This document shows positions 9,915-19,078 of a stretch of 64,000 bases of DNA, one piece after another (position 1 is the stretch's first letter; the number at the start of each line of letters is the position of its first letter). A program made the position numbers and the translations under genes. A model generated the notes under the pieces. That model was not told the DNA's origin and ran no database searches. It saw nothing but the letters and a program-made list of their open reading frames with translations. The stretch lies in the IMG/VR virus record IMGVR_UViG_3300037502_003770, positions 186,001 to 250,000 of that record; one strand, given 5' to 3'.

Positions 9915-11117
9915 CTATCTTTTTGGTGTTAAAACCAATGGATTTACTACAAAACCCTCTACCCCATTTGTAAATACATTTGGGATTGCCTTTCTTAATA
10001 TATTATAAGAACCGTTAACATCAGCGTTTATTAACTTTCCTTCTTTTCCTTTTATTTTATATAATCCTCTACTTTTTCTATAACCACTAAAAGAATATTC
10101 TTCTTTACAATTTGGTTTGTATGTTGGTATATAATCTAAATTTAAAAAAGAAGCTTTACTGGTATAACTTTCTTCTTGAAGGATTACATCTATACCTTCC
10201 ATTTTACATTTATATTTTAACATTTCAATAAATGTATTATGCGGTATAAATTGAAAATTTTGATTACTTACTTTACCCATACTTGTGTCTTGTTTCCAAT
10301 TACAATTTTTACCTATAATTAATAGATAAACATTATTATTAACTAAATGATTCACTAGTAATTTACTACTTTTATGTAAATAATCTTTTATTTTATTGTT
10401 TCTTTTATTTGTTAATTTAATAGATTTTTTAGTTGTTTTATTTCCTATTAATTTACTTTTAGATTTATTATAATATTGATTTATAGATTTTAATGGTTTA
10501 CCGTTTATTATTATTGGTTTATATTCTTTTTTATTATATGTTATTGTTGCTAAATTATTTATACCAAGGTCTATTGACGCTATTAAATCTGATTTTATAT
10601 TATTTTTTTCTTTTTTTTCATAAACAACTTCTATTACATAATATTTATTTTTCGGTATTATACGAACTTCTTTTATTAATTTCCAATCTTTGATTTTAGT
10701 TTTTATTTTAATTTCACTTTTTGATAGTTTTATTAAACCAGTTTTTTTAAATTCTCTATATTCTAAAGCTTGAATACAGTACTTTACCATAAATCTTCCA
10801 TTTTTTTTATTTAAATATTTAGGTATTTTATTTTTAACATCTTTATTTTTAAGTAATTTAAAAAAAGATTTAAAATTTTTGTCTAATATTTTTATAACTT
10901 TACATGAAACTTTTGCTGGTAAACTCTTATATTCGTCTGTATTTTTTAATAAATGATAGTTTTTAAGTTCATTTAAATATTTATTATTTTCAAAAAAATA
11001 TTGTCTTATATTATATAAACCTTGATTATATAAATTTTTAGATAAAAAACATAGATTATCACATGTATTATAGTATTTATTATTTTCTTTAATTACATGT
11101 TGTTCTACTAGTATCAT
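9915..11117 (-). CDS. tnpB: TnpB RNA-guided nuclease, rearranged-RuvC type
   Basis: RuvC-I SIDLGINN, RuvC-II position has IIGKN (Gly for Glu), alternative Glu in QEESYTS ~46 aa later, RuvC-III INADVNGSYNI; no CxxC zinc finger; no tnpA nearby. Confidence 0.9.
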   Translation of the reverse strand: MILVEQHVIKENNKYYNTCDNLCFLSKNLYNQGLYNIRQYFFENNKYLNELKNYHLLKNTDEYKSLPAKVSCKVIKILDKNFKSFFKLLKNKDVKNKIPKYLNKKNGRFMVKYCIQALEYREFKKTGLIKLSKSEIKIKTKIKDWKLIKEVRIIPKNKYYVIEVVYEKKEKNNIKSDLIASIDLGINNLATITYNKKEYKPIIINGKPLKSINQYYNKSKSKLIGNKTTKKSIKLTNKRNNKIKDYLHKSSKLLVNHLVNNNVYLLIIGKNCNWKQDTSMGKVSNQNFQFIPHNTFIEMLKYKCKMEGIDVILQEESYTSKASFLNLDYIPTYKPNCKEEYSFSGYRKSRGLYKIKGKEGKLINADVNGSYNILRKAIPNVFTNGVEGFVVNPLVLTPKR

Positions 11118-11126
11118 TTATTAATA

Positions 11127-11174
11127 TTTTTATATTATTAAATAGTGTATTATTACTATTTAATAATATAAAAA
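11127..11174. repeat. Perfect 20-bp inverted repeat with 8-nt loop containing two opposed CTATTTA motifs
   Basis: 11127-11146 pairs base-for-base with 11155-11174. Confidence 0.9.
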
Positions 11175-11201
11175 ATATACTAGGACTGTTTATGTACGGT
11201 T

Positions 11202-11230
11202 AAAACGATTTCTTTTTAAGGAATCGTTTT
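11202..11230. terminator. Hairpin, possible intrinsic terminator
   Basis: AAAACGATT ... AATCGTTTT stem followed by a T-rich run. Confidence 0.45.
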
Positions 11231-11266
11231 CTTTTTAAAAATTATCTATTTAAATAAAAGAATTAT

Positions 11267-12058
11267 ATGTTAAATAATTTACAAGAAAAAAGTGATTTAA
11301 AACAAATAGATTTAGAATCTTTAAATAATTTTTTGCTTGAGAAAGGGGATAGTTTTTGTGATACTTTACTTCAAATAAAATCATATAAAAAAATTGATTA
11401 TTCATCAGATAATATACAAAAATATTATTATACATTAAAATTTAAGGATGTTAATTCTTTTCCAAAACAATTATGGTATCATGATTCTTTTTGTGAAAAA
11501 ATGTTGGGTAGAGACAGCGGAAATATAAAACTTATACCTAAAACTTCAAATAATTATTATAATTTTTGTAAAATGGCTGTTACTCATAATCCATTTAATA
11601 TAAAACATATTGATTCAGAGTTTATTGATTATAATCTTTGTAAGATTGCAGTATCAAATATTTATACAACTTTAAATTTAATACCAAAAAAATTTATTGA
11701 TTATAATCTTTGTAAGATTGCAGTATCAAATAATTATAGTAATTTACAGTATGTACCTAAAAATATTGAAAATTACTACCTTATTTGTTTATTAGCTGTA
11801 TATAAAAAGGGTTCAGCTTTAGAATTTGTCCCCAAAAATATAGATAAATATTACACAATATTAAAATTAGCTTTTGAAACTTATAGATATATAATTATAC
11901 AAGATTGGTTCCCAAAAGAATATATACCTCGATTAATAAAAGACTTTCCTGAAGATAAAGAATTTCTTGAGCGATATATTCTTAAAGAATATATTTCCAA
12001 AGAAGTAAAGAAATTTTTAAAAGAATACCTATTTAAAGAAAAATTATATGTTAAATAA
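11267..12058 (+). CDS. DUF4116-like repeat protein (paralog family)
   Basis: N-cap IDLESLNNFLLEKGD, repeats IDYNLCKIAVSN, C-cap WFPKEYIPRLIKDFP...LKEYISKEVKKFLKE; CTATTTA at 11246-11252. Confidence 0.8.
   Translation: MLNNLQEKSDLKQIDLESLNNFLLEKGDSFCDTLLQIKSYKKIDYSSDNIQKYYYTLKFKDVNSFPKQLWYHDSFCEKMLGRDSGNIKLIPKTSNNYYNFCKMAVTHNPFNIKHIDSEFIDYNLCKIAVSNIYTTLNLIPKKFIDYNLCKIAVSNNYSNLQYVPKNIENYYLICLLAVYKKGSALEFVPKNIDKYYTILKLAFETYRYIIIQDWFPKEYIPRLIKDFPEDKEFLERYILKEYISKEVKKFLKEYLFKEKLYVK
11621..11732 (+). repeat. Exact 40-bp direct repeat, period 72 bp
   Basis: tttattgattataatctttgtaagattgcagtatcaaata at 11621-11660 and 11693-11732. Confidence 0.9.
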
Positions 12059-12659
12059 TTTTGACAAACTATCTAATAATAATCATAATATTGATTTAAT
12101 CTCTTTAAATAAATTCTTACTTGAAAAAGGTGATAATTTTTTAGAAAATCTTATTGATAATAATAAATTTATAAAAAAAGAAGATATAACAAAAGAGTTT
12201 TTTCAAAAGAAATATCGAACAATATTTGATGGTATATTTAGTGTTGATGATAGTTTTTCTTTCACAGGAGAAGATTTTCCTGTTGAGTATTATAATGAAA
12301 AAATAATAAAAAATCTTGTTGAAGAATATAATAAGTTTGGTAAATATTTATTATTTTTAAATTCAAAATTAGATATATATTTTCAATTAGCTAAATATAC
12401 TATTACAACTAAGGCTTCTTGGATGTTAATATACATACCTAAAACAATAGAAAATTATTATTCTTTAGTAAAACTTGCATTTGAAAAAGATAATAATATA
12501 ATTAGAGAAGAATGGTTCCCAAAAGAATACATTCCTAAATTAATAAATGATTACCCTCAAAATACTGATTTTTTAAAGAAATATTTACTTAAAGAATATA
12601 TTTCCAAAGAAGTAAGAAAATTTTTAAAAGAATACTATTTAAATAAAAATAAACAATAA
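12048..12659 (+). CDS. DUF4116-like family paralog with few repeats
   Basis: IDLISLNKFLLEKGD and WFPKEYIPKLINDYP...LKEYISKEVRKFLKE caps; N-half closely resembles ORF 2157; CTATTTA at 12029-12035. Confidence 0.8.
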   Translation: MLNNFDKLSNNNHNIDLISLNKFLLEKGDNFLENLIDNNKFIKKEDITKEFFQKKYRTIFDGIFSVDDSFSFTGEDFPVEYYNEKIIKNLVEEYNKFGKYLLFLNSKLDIYFQLAKYTITTKASWMLIYIPKTIENYYSLVKLAFEKDNNIIREEWFPKEYIPKLINDYPQNTDFLKKYLLKEYISKEVRKFLKEYYLNKNKQ

Positions 12660-12673
12660 CAAAATATAATAAT

Positions 12674-13777
12674 ATGAAAAAATTATTAACAGAAGCAACA
12701 TTCAAACGATTAATAAAGACTTTTATTAATGAAGATATTAGTAAAGTTAAAAATGGTAAATTACTAAACTGGATTAAAACATTTAATCAAAAAGCTAACA
12801 CTAATTATGATGAAAATGAATTAGCAAATATTGTAATTGAATTTTCAGAACTTCAAGGTAAGGGCGGTTTAAAAATAAATAATACACCTGTTGATATTTT
12901 ATCTGTTAGAACTGATGAACAATTAAAACAAGTTATTGATGCTCTTCAAGCTGTTAGAAAAAAACAAGAATTAAAAAATCAAATTAAAGGTATGTCTGGT
13001 CAAAGAAGAACTACTACCCTTAAATTTAATGGTAGTTTTAAAGGTTTACCTAGTAAAGAAAAATTTCAATTGTTAAAACAGTATTGTGAAAAACCTTCTG
13101 ATTTATTTCCTGATAAAAAATATGTACCAATTCCAACTAACGAATTTAAATATATTGAAGATGCTTTCCAAACAAATGCTGATAGAGGTGCTTTAACAGC
13201 TTATGCTGTTTGGTATGTATTAATTTGTTTTAAAGGTTATAAAAGAGCTGAAGATGCTTCTATTATTAAAAAATTTATTGATATTTATAATGAATATAAA
13301 GCTCAATATCCTTTAGAAATTACAAAGATAAATACAAAACAAGAATTTGATGAATTTTATAATATTTCAGCAAAAATAAATAGTGAAAAATCTTCTGGTA
13401 ATATTTCAACATCTGGTTATGTTACTGAAATGGTTTCAAAATATCCTCAATTTTATAAAGGAGATTTTAGTGACCAAAAATACGGTCAAACATATGTTTA
13501 TTTTCAATTACCAAAAATAACAAAAGACCAAGTACAAGAATATGTTCCAGTTTTTAGAGATTTAGGTATGTGGACAACTTGGTGTGTGTCTGCTGGCTGG
13601 GATGATGAAGGTAAAACCGCAAGTGCAGATAATGTTGAGCGTTACGCCACTCAAGATATATTCAGTATTTTAATAAATAAAGCCGACCCAAAAAATTCTG
13701 TTAATGGTAAATTTGCTCTTAATTCTGCTGATAAAGATTTAAGAAATATTTCAGACCAAGGTGTTTTTGGTGGTTAA
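12674..13777 (+). CDS. Hypothetical protein, possible head-packaged protein
   Basis: N-terminus MKKLLTEATFKRLIKTFINED with [LI]xE motifs; CTATTTA at 12635-12641. Confidence 0.7.
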   Translation: MKKLLTEATFKRLIKTFINEDISKVKNGKLLNWIKTFNQKANTNYDENELANIVIEFSELQGKGGLKINNTPVDILSVRTDEQLKQVIDALQAVRKKQELKNQIKGMSGQRRTTTLKFNGSFKGLPSKEKFQLLKQYCEKPSDLFPDKKYVPIPTNEFKYIEDAFQTNADRGALTAYAVWYVLICFKGYKRAEDASIIKKFIDIYNEYKAQYPLEITKINTKQEFDEFYNISAKINSEKSSGNISTSGYVTEMVSKYPQFYKGDFSDQKYGQTYVYFQLPKITKDQVQEYVPVFRDLGMWTTWCVSAGWDDEGKTASADNVERYATQDIFSILINKADPKNSVNGKFALNSADKDLRNISDQGVFGG

Positions 13778-13811
13778 TAACTTTTTATTAATTATCTTTC
13801 TTTTTAAAATT

Positions 13812-13841
13812 GACTTCCTTTAATAAGGAGGTCTTTTTTTT
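13812..13841 (+). terminator. Intrinsic terminator
   Basis: GACTTCCTT-TAAT-AAGGAGGTC stem (one G-U) followed by T8. Confidence 0.75.
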
Positions 13842-13850
13842 GAAAGAATA

Positions 13851-13857
13851 CTATTTA
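13851..13857 (+). promoter_or_regulatory. CTATTTA putative late promoter for prohead protease
   Basis: 16 nt before ATG 13874, directly after a terminator. Confidence 0.65.
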
Positions 13858-13873
13858 AAATAAAAATAATATA

Positions 13874-14542
13874 ATGAGAAAATTAACATTATTAGAAGCG
13901 AATCAAGAAGGTTATGGATTATTAAAAGAATCTGATGCTGGTATTGTAGAAATAGAAAGAAATCAACACTTAATAAAAGAAAATTATAAGGACATGTTTT
14001 CTGATAATGGTAGTATATTTGTTAATTGTATTTTACAAAAAGCTGATACTCAAAATAGAAATGGTAGGATTTATCCAAAAAATATATTAGAAAAAGAAGT
14101 AAATAATTATATAAAATTAGTTAAAGAAAGAGCTTCACTTGGTGAAACCGACCACCCTGATACTGCTGTAGTTTCTTTAAATGACCCATCTCATTTAATA
14201 ACAAAAGTTTGGTGGGAAGGAAATACATTATTAGGGACATTAGAATTAATAACATCACCAGCATATATAGAAAGAAGAGATATTCAAGTTAAGGGTGATA
14301 TGATTGCAAATTTATTAAGTAAAGAAATTAAATTAGGCATTTCTTCAAGAGGTTTAGGTTCAGTAAAAAAAGTAAATGGTGCAAATATAGTACAAAGTGA
14401 TTTTGAATTAGTTTGTTTTGATATAGTATCATCACCATCAACTCCTGGTGCTTATTTATATCAAGAAACTATTAAACTTAATGAACAAGTAAATAAAATT
14501 AATAATAGTTTAAATAATAAATTAAAAAACTTTTTATCATAA
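13874..14542 (+). CDS. Prohead core protease (T4 gp21-like)
   Basis: QKADTQNRNGRIYP, LGETDHP (catalytic His), GISSRGLGS (catalytic Ser), FDIVSSPSTPGAY. Confidence 0.93.
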   Translation: MRKLTLLEANQEGYGLLKESDAGIVEIERNQHLIKENYKDMFSDNGSIFVNCILQKADTQNRNGRIYPKNILEKEVNNYIKLVKERASLGETDHPDTAVVSLNDPSHLITKVWWEGNTLLGTLELITSPAYIERRDIQVKGDMIANLLSKEIKLGISSRGLGSVKKVNGANIVQSDFELVCFDIVSSPSTPGAYLYQETIKLNEQVNKINNSLNNKLKNFLS

Positions 14543-14545
14543 AAA

Positions 14546-15730
14546 ATGATTACAATAAAAAGACTTAGTGAAGTAGAAAATTATAAAAAAGAAATAAGTA
14601 TTTTTTTATTAAAAGAAGAATCACCTGTTGTTGGGGATAAAAGACTTACAGGTAATGCAATATTACAATTTATAAAACCAATATATGATGCAAATAATTC
14701 TATTGTTTTATTAGATAATGAAAAAATAGTTGGTTGTTTAATAGGTGCAAAAGGTAATCAAACTTCACTTAAATCATATGGTTTAGATAATCAATTTAAT
14801 GTAGAAAATGAATTAAAAAATAATACTTTTATTGATTTTTTATATTTTTATATTGAAAAAGAATACAGAAAAGATAGGAATGATTATAAAATGTGTTTAT
14901 ACGCTTTTAATAATATTGTTAAAGGGAAATATAAATATATTACTATTGGTGTCGTTGATTCTATTAATACACATAATTATTGGCAGAAATTTTTTAAATT
15001 TAAATTATTATTTGATTTAGGTGGTGCAAAATATTATTACTTAGATACAGATACAATTTTAAAAGAATTTAAAATTCATAATAAAAATATTCTTTTAGAA
15101 AATAAAATTAGAACTTTAGTAAAAGAGTATATTAACCCTTATATGTTAAAGTCAAAATATCTTTCTCCTAAAGATGAAGATAAACCTTATCAAATAACAG
15201 ATAAAGAAAGAAATATTATTTCTAAATGGAGTGAACGTTCTTATAATAGAAATGGTATTAATGTTAGTTTTTATAATATTAATAAAGAAACTTTAAATTT
15301 AAATATTAGTAAAATTCCTATTTCTGCAAAAATTATTAAAGATAATAATACAAAAACAATGCAGTTTGCTGTTACTTATTCTTGTATTATTAATAATGAA
15401 AAAGAAGCTTTAATTACAGTAAGAAGTACAACTAAAAAAAGATTTAATGATAAAACAAAAATAACTTTTGTTTTATATGATAATTTTTTACTTACACCTA
15501 ATCCTGAATTAATTTTAATAAGTAAACCATATAGTAAATCAGGTAATAGTCGTCATAAATCTGATTTAATTAGTTTAATTAAAAATACAAGGGATTATTT
15601 ATCTAAAAGAATTAATAATATGTTAGAAAAGGGTAAATTATTACAACACCCTTTTACTAAAGAAGGAATTGATTTAGATGAATTTGATGATTTTTTTAAT
15701 ATAGACCTTTCAAATTACCATATTTCTTAA
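14546..15730 (+). CDS. Hypothetical protein with GNAT-like N-terminal domain
   Basis: KIVGCLIG...FLYFYIEKEYRK...NTHNYWQKF resembles the GNAT strand/motif A/motif B order; divergent. Confidence 0.5.
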   Translation: MITIKRLSEVENYKKEISIFLLKEESPVVGDKRLTGNAILQFIKPIYDANNSIVLLDNEKIVGCLIGAKGNQTSLKSYGLDNQFNVENELKNNTFIDFLYFYIEKEYRKDRNDYKMCLYAFNNIVKGKYKYITIGVVDSINTHNYWQKFFKFKLLFDLGGAKYYYLDTDTILKEFKIHNKNILLENKIRTLVKEYINPYMLKSKYLSPKDEDKPYQITDKERNIISKWSERSYNRNGINVSFYNINKETLNLNISKIPISAKIIKDNNTKTMQFAVTYSCIINNEKEALITVRSTTKKRFNDKTKITFVLYDNFLLTPNPELILISKPYSKSGNSRHKSDLISLIKNTRDYLSKRINNMLEKGKLLQHPFTKEGIDLDEFDDFFNIDLSNYHIS

Positions 15731-15759
15731 AATAAATACTATTTATAAATAAAATAAAA

Positions 15760-17208
15760 ATGAGCAAAAGTAAAATTATTAAAGATTCTATTATTGAAAT
15801 AGAAAATATTAAAGAAGAAGCTAAATTATTAGCTAAAGAAGAAATTTTAAACGAAGTTCAAGAATCAATAGAACAACGTACTAAACAATTATTTGAAGAA
15901 AAATTGAAAGCACTAGAAGAAAGTGAAGAACTTGATGAAGAATTTACTACTAGTGAAATAAATATAAATGAAGAAGATTGTGGTTGCGATGATAAAGATG
16001 AAAAACCACTTGAAGAAAAAATAAATAAAGAAAAAACAGATTTAAAAAATAAAATGAAAAAAAATAAACTAAATTTGAAAGAAGAAGAAATTTCTTTAGA
16101 TGAAATGTTTCATGATGATATGAATGAAGGTGAAAATGATGATATTGATATCGAAGCATTGCACCAAAGTGGTGAAATAAGTGATGAAGCTTATAATTTA
16201 TGGAAACAAACTTACGGTGATAAAAACAACAATAATAATATGCAAGAAATTGACGAAACTTGGGATGAAAATAGTCTAATGGAATTTTTAAACGAATTAG
16301 ATATGGAAGATGAAACCGAAGAAATGCCTTCTGATGAAGAAGATATGGAGGGTGATGTTGAAAATATTGAAGGAGAAGAATTACCATCAGAAGATGAATT
16401 AGATAATGAAGAAATACCTTCTGATGAAGAAGATATGGAAATGGATGATGAAGAATTTGATTTTGATGATATTGAATTTGATATTGAAGACGATATGGAA
16501 GGTGAAGATTTCTCTGATGAAGATATGGAAATGGGTGATGAAGAATTTGATTTTGATGAAGAAGAAGATGAACTTGAAGATATGGATTCAGAAGATATGA
16601 ATTTTGATTCAGAAGAAGAAGATTTAGAAGATATGGATAATATCGAAGGTGAAGATGAATTTGAAGAAATAGATGATTTGGAAGAAGCTTTAGCTTATCC
16701 TCATCAATTACATAAAAATGTGGGTGGTAAGAGCTTTCCACAAAGAGACGGTGCACCAGAAAGACGTTCTAATATGAACGAAGATATTAAGAGACTTAAA
16801 AAGTTAGTGGAATCTGTTGTAAATGAAAATAAGACCTTGAAATCTAAGGTACAAAAAACTGAGGCTCTTGAAGCTTTATTACAAGAAACAAAAAATAAAT
16901 TGTATGATACAATGGTATTAGCACAAAAAACTGTTTATGCGAATAAAGTTTTATTTGAAAATACTCTTACTAATGATGAAAAAGCTGAAGTAATGAAAGC
17001 TTTTAGTAAGGCTGGCTCTAAAGATGAAATTGTTTCATTAAATGAAAGTTTTAATTCTAAATTTAATGGTACTAAAAGAACACTTAATACTAGCATAAGT
17101 AAAGTAATTTCTACAAGTAAAGGTGTTTTAAAAGAACATACTATTAGTGATGAAGATTCAAATACTAGTCGTATGAAAAACCTAATAAATTACAAACCAA
17201 AAAAATAA
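15760..17208 (+). CDS. Prohead scaffolding/core protein
   Basis: Between protease and capsid genes; coiled-coil ends, long D/E-rich centre with repeats PSDEEDME and DEEFDFD; CTATTTA at 15739-15745. Confidence 0.8.
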   Translation: MSKSKIIKDSIIEIENIKEEAKLLAKEEILNEVQESIEQRTKQLFEEKLKALEESEELDEEFTTSEININEEDCGCDDKDEKPLEEKINKEKTDLKNKMKKNKLNLKEEEISLDEMFHDDMNEGENDDIDIEALHQSGEISDEAYNLWKQTYGDKNNNNNMQEIDETWDENSLMEFLNELDMEDETEEMPSDEEDMEGDVENIEGEELPSEDELDNEEIPSDEEDMEMDDEEFDFDDIEFDIEDDMEGEDFSDEDMEMGDEEFDFDEEEDELEDMDSEDMNFDSEEEDLEDMDNIEGEDEFEEIDDLEEALAYPHQLHKNVGGKSFPQRDGAPERRSNMNEDIKRLKKLVESVVNENKTLKSKVQKTEALEALLQETKNKLYDTMVLAQKTVYANKVLFENTLTNDEKAEVMKAFSKAGSKDEIVSLNESFNSKFNGTKRTLNTSISKVISTSKGVLKEHTISDEDSNTSRMKNLINYKPKK

Positions 17209-17251
17209 ATTAAAATTTTAGTAAATTATTGGAAAATTAAAAAATAATTTA

Positions 17252-17258
17252 CTATTTA
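17252..17258 (+). promoter_or_regulatory. CTATTTA putative late promoter for major capsid protein
   Basis: 25 nt before ATG 17284. Confidence 0.65.
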
Positions 17259-17283
17259 AAATAAAAATTAATAAAATTAAAAT

Positions 17284-19053
17284 ATGGAAACATTATTAAA
17301 TTCAGGTCTGGTTGGTAACATTGGACTTAAAAATTTACAAGAAAACCGCAAACTAATCGTTGAGCGTTGGGAACAAACTGAAATGCTTGATGGTCTTTCA
17401 GGTTCAGCAAAAGAAAATATTGCACAGTTATTTGAAAACCAAGCAAGTTATATGTTGAACGAATCAACTGTATCTGATAGTTCTGGTTCTTTTGAGACAG
17501 TTGCTTTCCCTATTGTTCGTAGGGTATTCCAAAAATTACTTGCAAATGAAATTGTATCAATTCAAGCTATGTCAGCCCCAATTGGTAGATTGTATTTCTT
17601 TAATCCAAAAGTTTCTGTTAGAAATGTTAATGGTAATATTCAAAGTCATACTTCTATGGATGGTGGTTATTCAAATGCTGCTACTAATTATATTGTTGAT
17701 GCTGCTACTGGTAGAAAAACGCTTGTTGCTGGTACTGATAACTTTAACAAAACTGGTGGTACTCAATATAGTTCAACTTCACTTTACGATTCATTCTATT
17801 CTACTGAATATAACGATGAAGGTACTGCTTTATTTGATTTAACAAGAGGTAAAATTTTTGTTCAAAACATTGTAGCCGTTCCAAGAAATAGTGTATTTAC
17901 TAATGGTGTAACAGAAAAATATCAAGTTAAATTAACTGGTTTTAGTTCAACTAGAGATGGTAGATTAGTAGGTCCTGTTGGTACTGTTGCTGATACAGAA
18001 GAATTCTTATCAAGCTTAAAAGTTACTTGTAATCAAAACTTATTTAATGGTCCAAGTTCAATTGCTTTCGCAAGTGGTACTACTTTGGATTTTAGAACTT
18101 TGGCTCAAGCTTACGGTAAGCCACTTGTTAAAAATGGTACTATTGAATTAGAAATTGATGTAACTGGTCCGTCTTTGACTTCAGGTTTATTTATTCCTTT
18201 GACCGCAGCTACAGGTACAACCGCAGCTTCAGGTGGTGGTACTCCAGTATTTAGTGCTTCATATTCAGTTTATTCTGATTTAGAAGAAGATAGCGAAATG
18301 GCAGAAGTAACTTTTGATTTAGATTTCGTAACTGTTGATGTAACTTCTCGTAAATTGAGAACTTCATTTACTCCTGAAATTCAGCAAGATGCAGCTGCTT
18401 TCCACAACATTGATGTTGAAGCTGAATTGACTGCAATGCTTTCTGAAACTATTTCAGCTGAAATTGATAGGGAAATTTTACGTGATTTGCGTAAAGGTGC
18501 AGCTTGGTCTACTTCATGGGATTATGCAGGTTATAGAAAATTAGTTGCAGCTGGTAGTGCAGTTGGTATTACTCAAAAAGATTATAATCAAGAATTAATT
18601 ACTAAAGTAAATGAACTTTCTTCTTTGATTATGAAAACAACTCTTAGAGGTGGTGCTAATTTCGTAGTAGTTTCTCCTGAAATCGCTGCTGTATTAAATA
18701 ACTTAGAATATTTCCACGTAACTGATGCTTCTCCAGAAGAAACTAAGTTCTCTATGGGTATCGAGAAAATTGGTTCAATTCAAGGTCGTTATACTGTTTA
18801 TGTAGATATGTATGCTCCAGCAGGTAAAATGTTGGTGGGACATAAGGGTGAAGGCATCTTCCACGCCGGGTTCGTATATGCGCCGTTTGTGCCATTATTA
18901 CTTTTCCCTGGTGTTACTAACCCTAACAACTTCTCAAAAGTATTAGGAATTATGACTAGATACGCTAAGAAAATGGTAAATAACCGTTTCTACGGTGTAG
19001 TAAACGTAAAAGGTTTAAATTATACACCAGTTTCAGAATTCTTAGGTGCTTAA
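17284..19053 (+). CDS. Major capsid protein (T4 gp23-like) with large insertion domain
   Basis: AFPIVRRVF, IVSIQAMSAPIG, RKLRTSFTPEIQQD, EIDREILRDL, GANFVVVSPE, GFVYAP.VP, GIMTRYA; probable maturation site MLNE|S. Confidence 0.96.
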   Translation: METLLNSGLVGNIGLKNLQENRKLIVERWEQTEMLDGLSGSAKENIAQLFENQASYMLNESTVSDSSGSFETVAFPIVRRVFQKLLANEIVSIQAMSAPIGRLYFFNPKVSVRNVNGNIQSHTSMDGGYSNAATNYIVDAATGRKTLVAGTDNFNKTGGTQYSSTSLYDSFYSTEYNDEGTALFDLTRGKIFVQNIVAVPRNSVFTNGVTEKYQVKLTGFSSTRDGRLVGPVGTVADTEEFLSSLKVTCNQNLFNGPSSIAFASGTTLDFRTLAQAYGKPLVKNGTIELEIDVTGPSLTSGLFIPLTAATGTTAASGGGTPVFSASYSVYSDLEEDSEMAEVTFDLDFVTVDVTSRKLRTSFTPEIQQDAAAFHNIDVEAELTAMLSETISAEIDREILRDLRKGAAWSTSWDYAGYRKLVAAGSAVGITQKDYNQELITKVNELSSLIMKTTLRGGANFVVVSPEIAAVLNNLEYFHVTDASPEETKFSMGIEKIGSIQGRYTVYVDMYAPAGKMLVGHKGEGIFHAGFVYAPFVPLLLFPGVTNPNNFSKVLGIMTRYAKKMVNNRFYGVVNVKGLNYTPVSEFLGA

Positions 19054-19078
19054 TCTATTAAAATAGGTTATTAAAACA

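Larger units (their letters stand above)
9888..11200 (-). mobile_element. Non-autonomous IS200/IS605-superfamily tnpB-only element (ends approximate)
   Basis: Solo tnpB antisense to flanking + strand genes; upstream 20-bp hairpin; exact ends could not be resolved. Confidence 0.5.

Noticed and set aside
9876-11210. aatcgtttttaac (9876-9888) and gttaaaacgatt (11199-11210) as terminal inverted repeats of the tnpB-1 element
   Set aside because: Short, imperfect and AT-rich; one copy is in a coding end and the other in a terminator-like hairpin; IS200/605-type elements do not use TIRs.
2497-11732. CRISPR-like repeat-spacer pattern in the gattat...ctttg repeats
   Set aside because: Repeats are degenerate, have a 72-75 bp codon-multiple period and encode a protein repeat; no cas genes or leader.
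15950-16756. 268-aa minus-strand ORF and 16406-16600 alternative-frame ORF
   Set aside because: Shadows of the low-complexity GAA/GAT scaffold region, which lacks stops in those frames.
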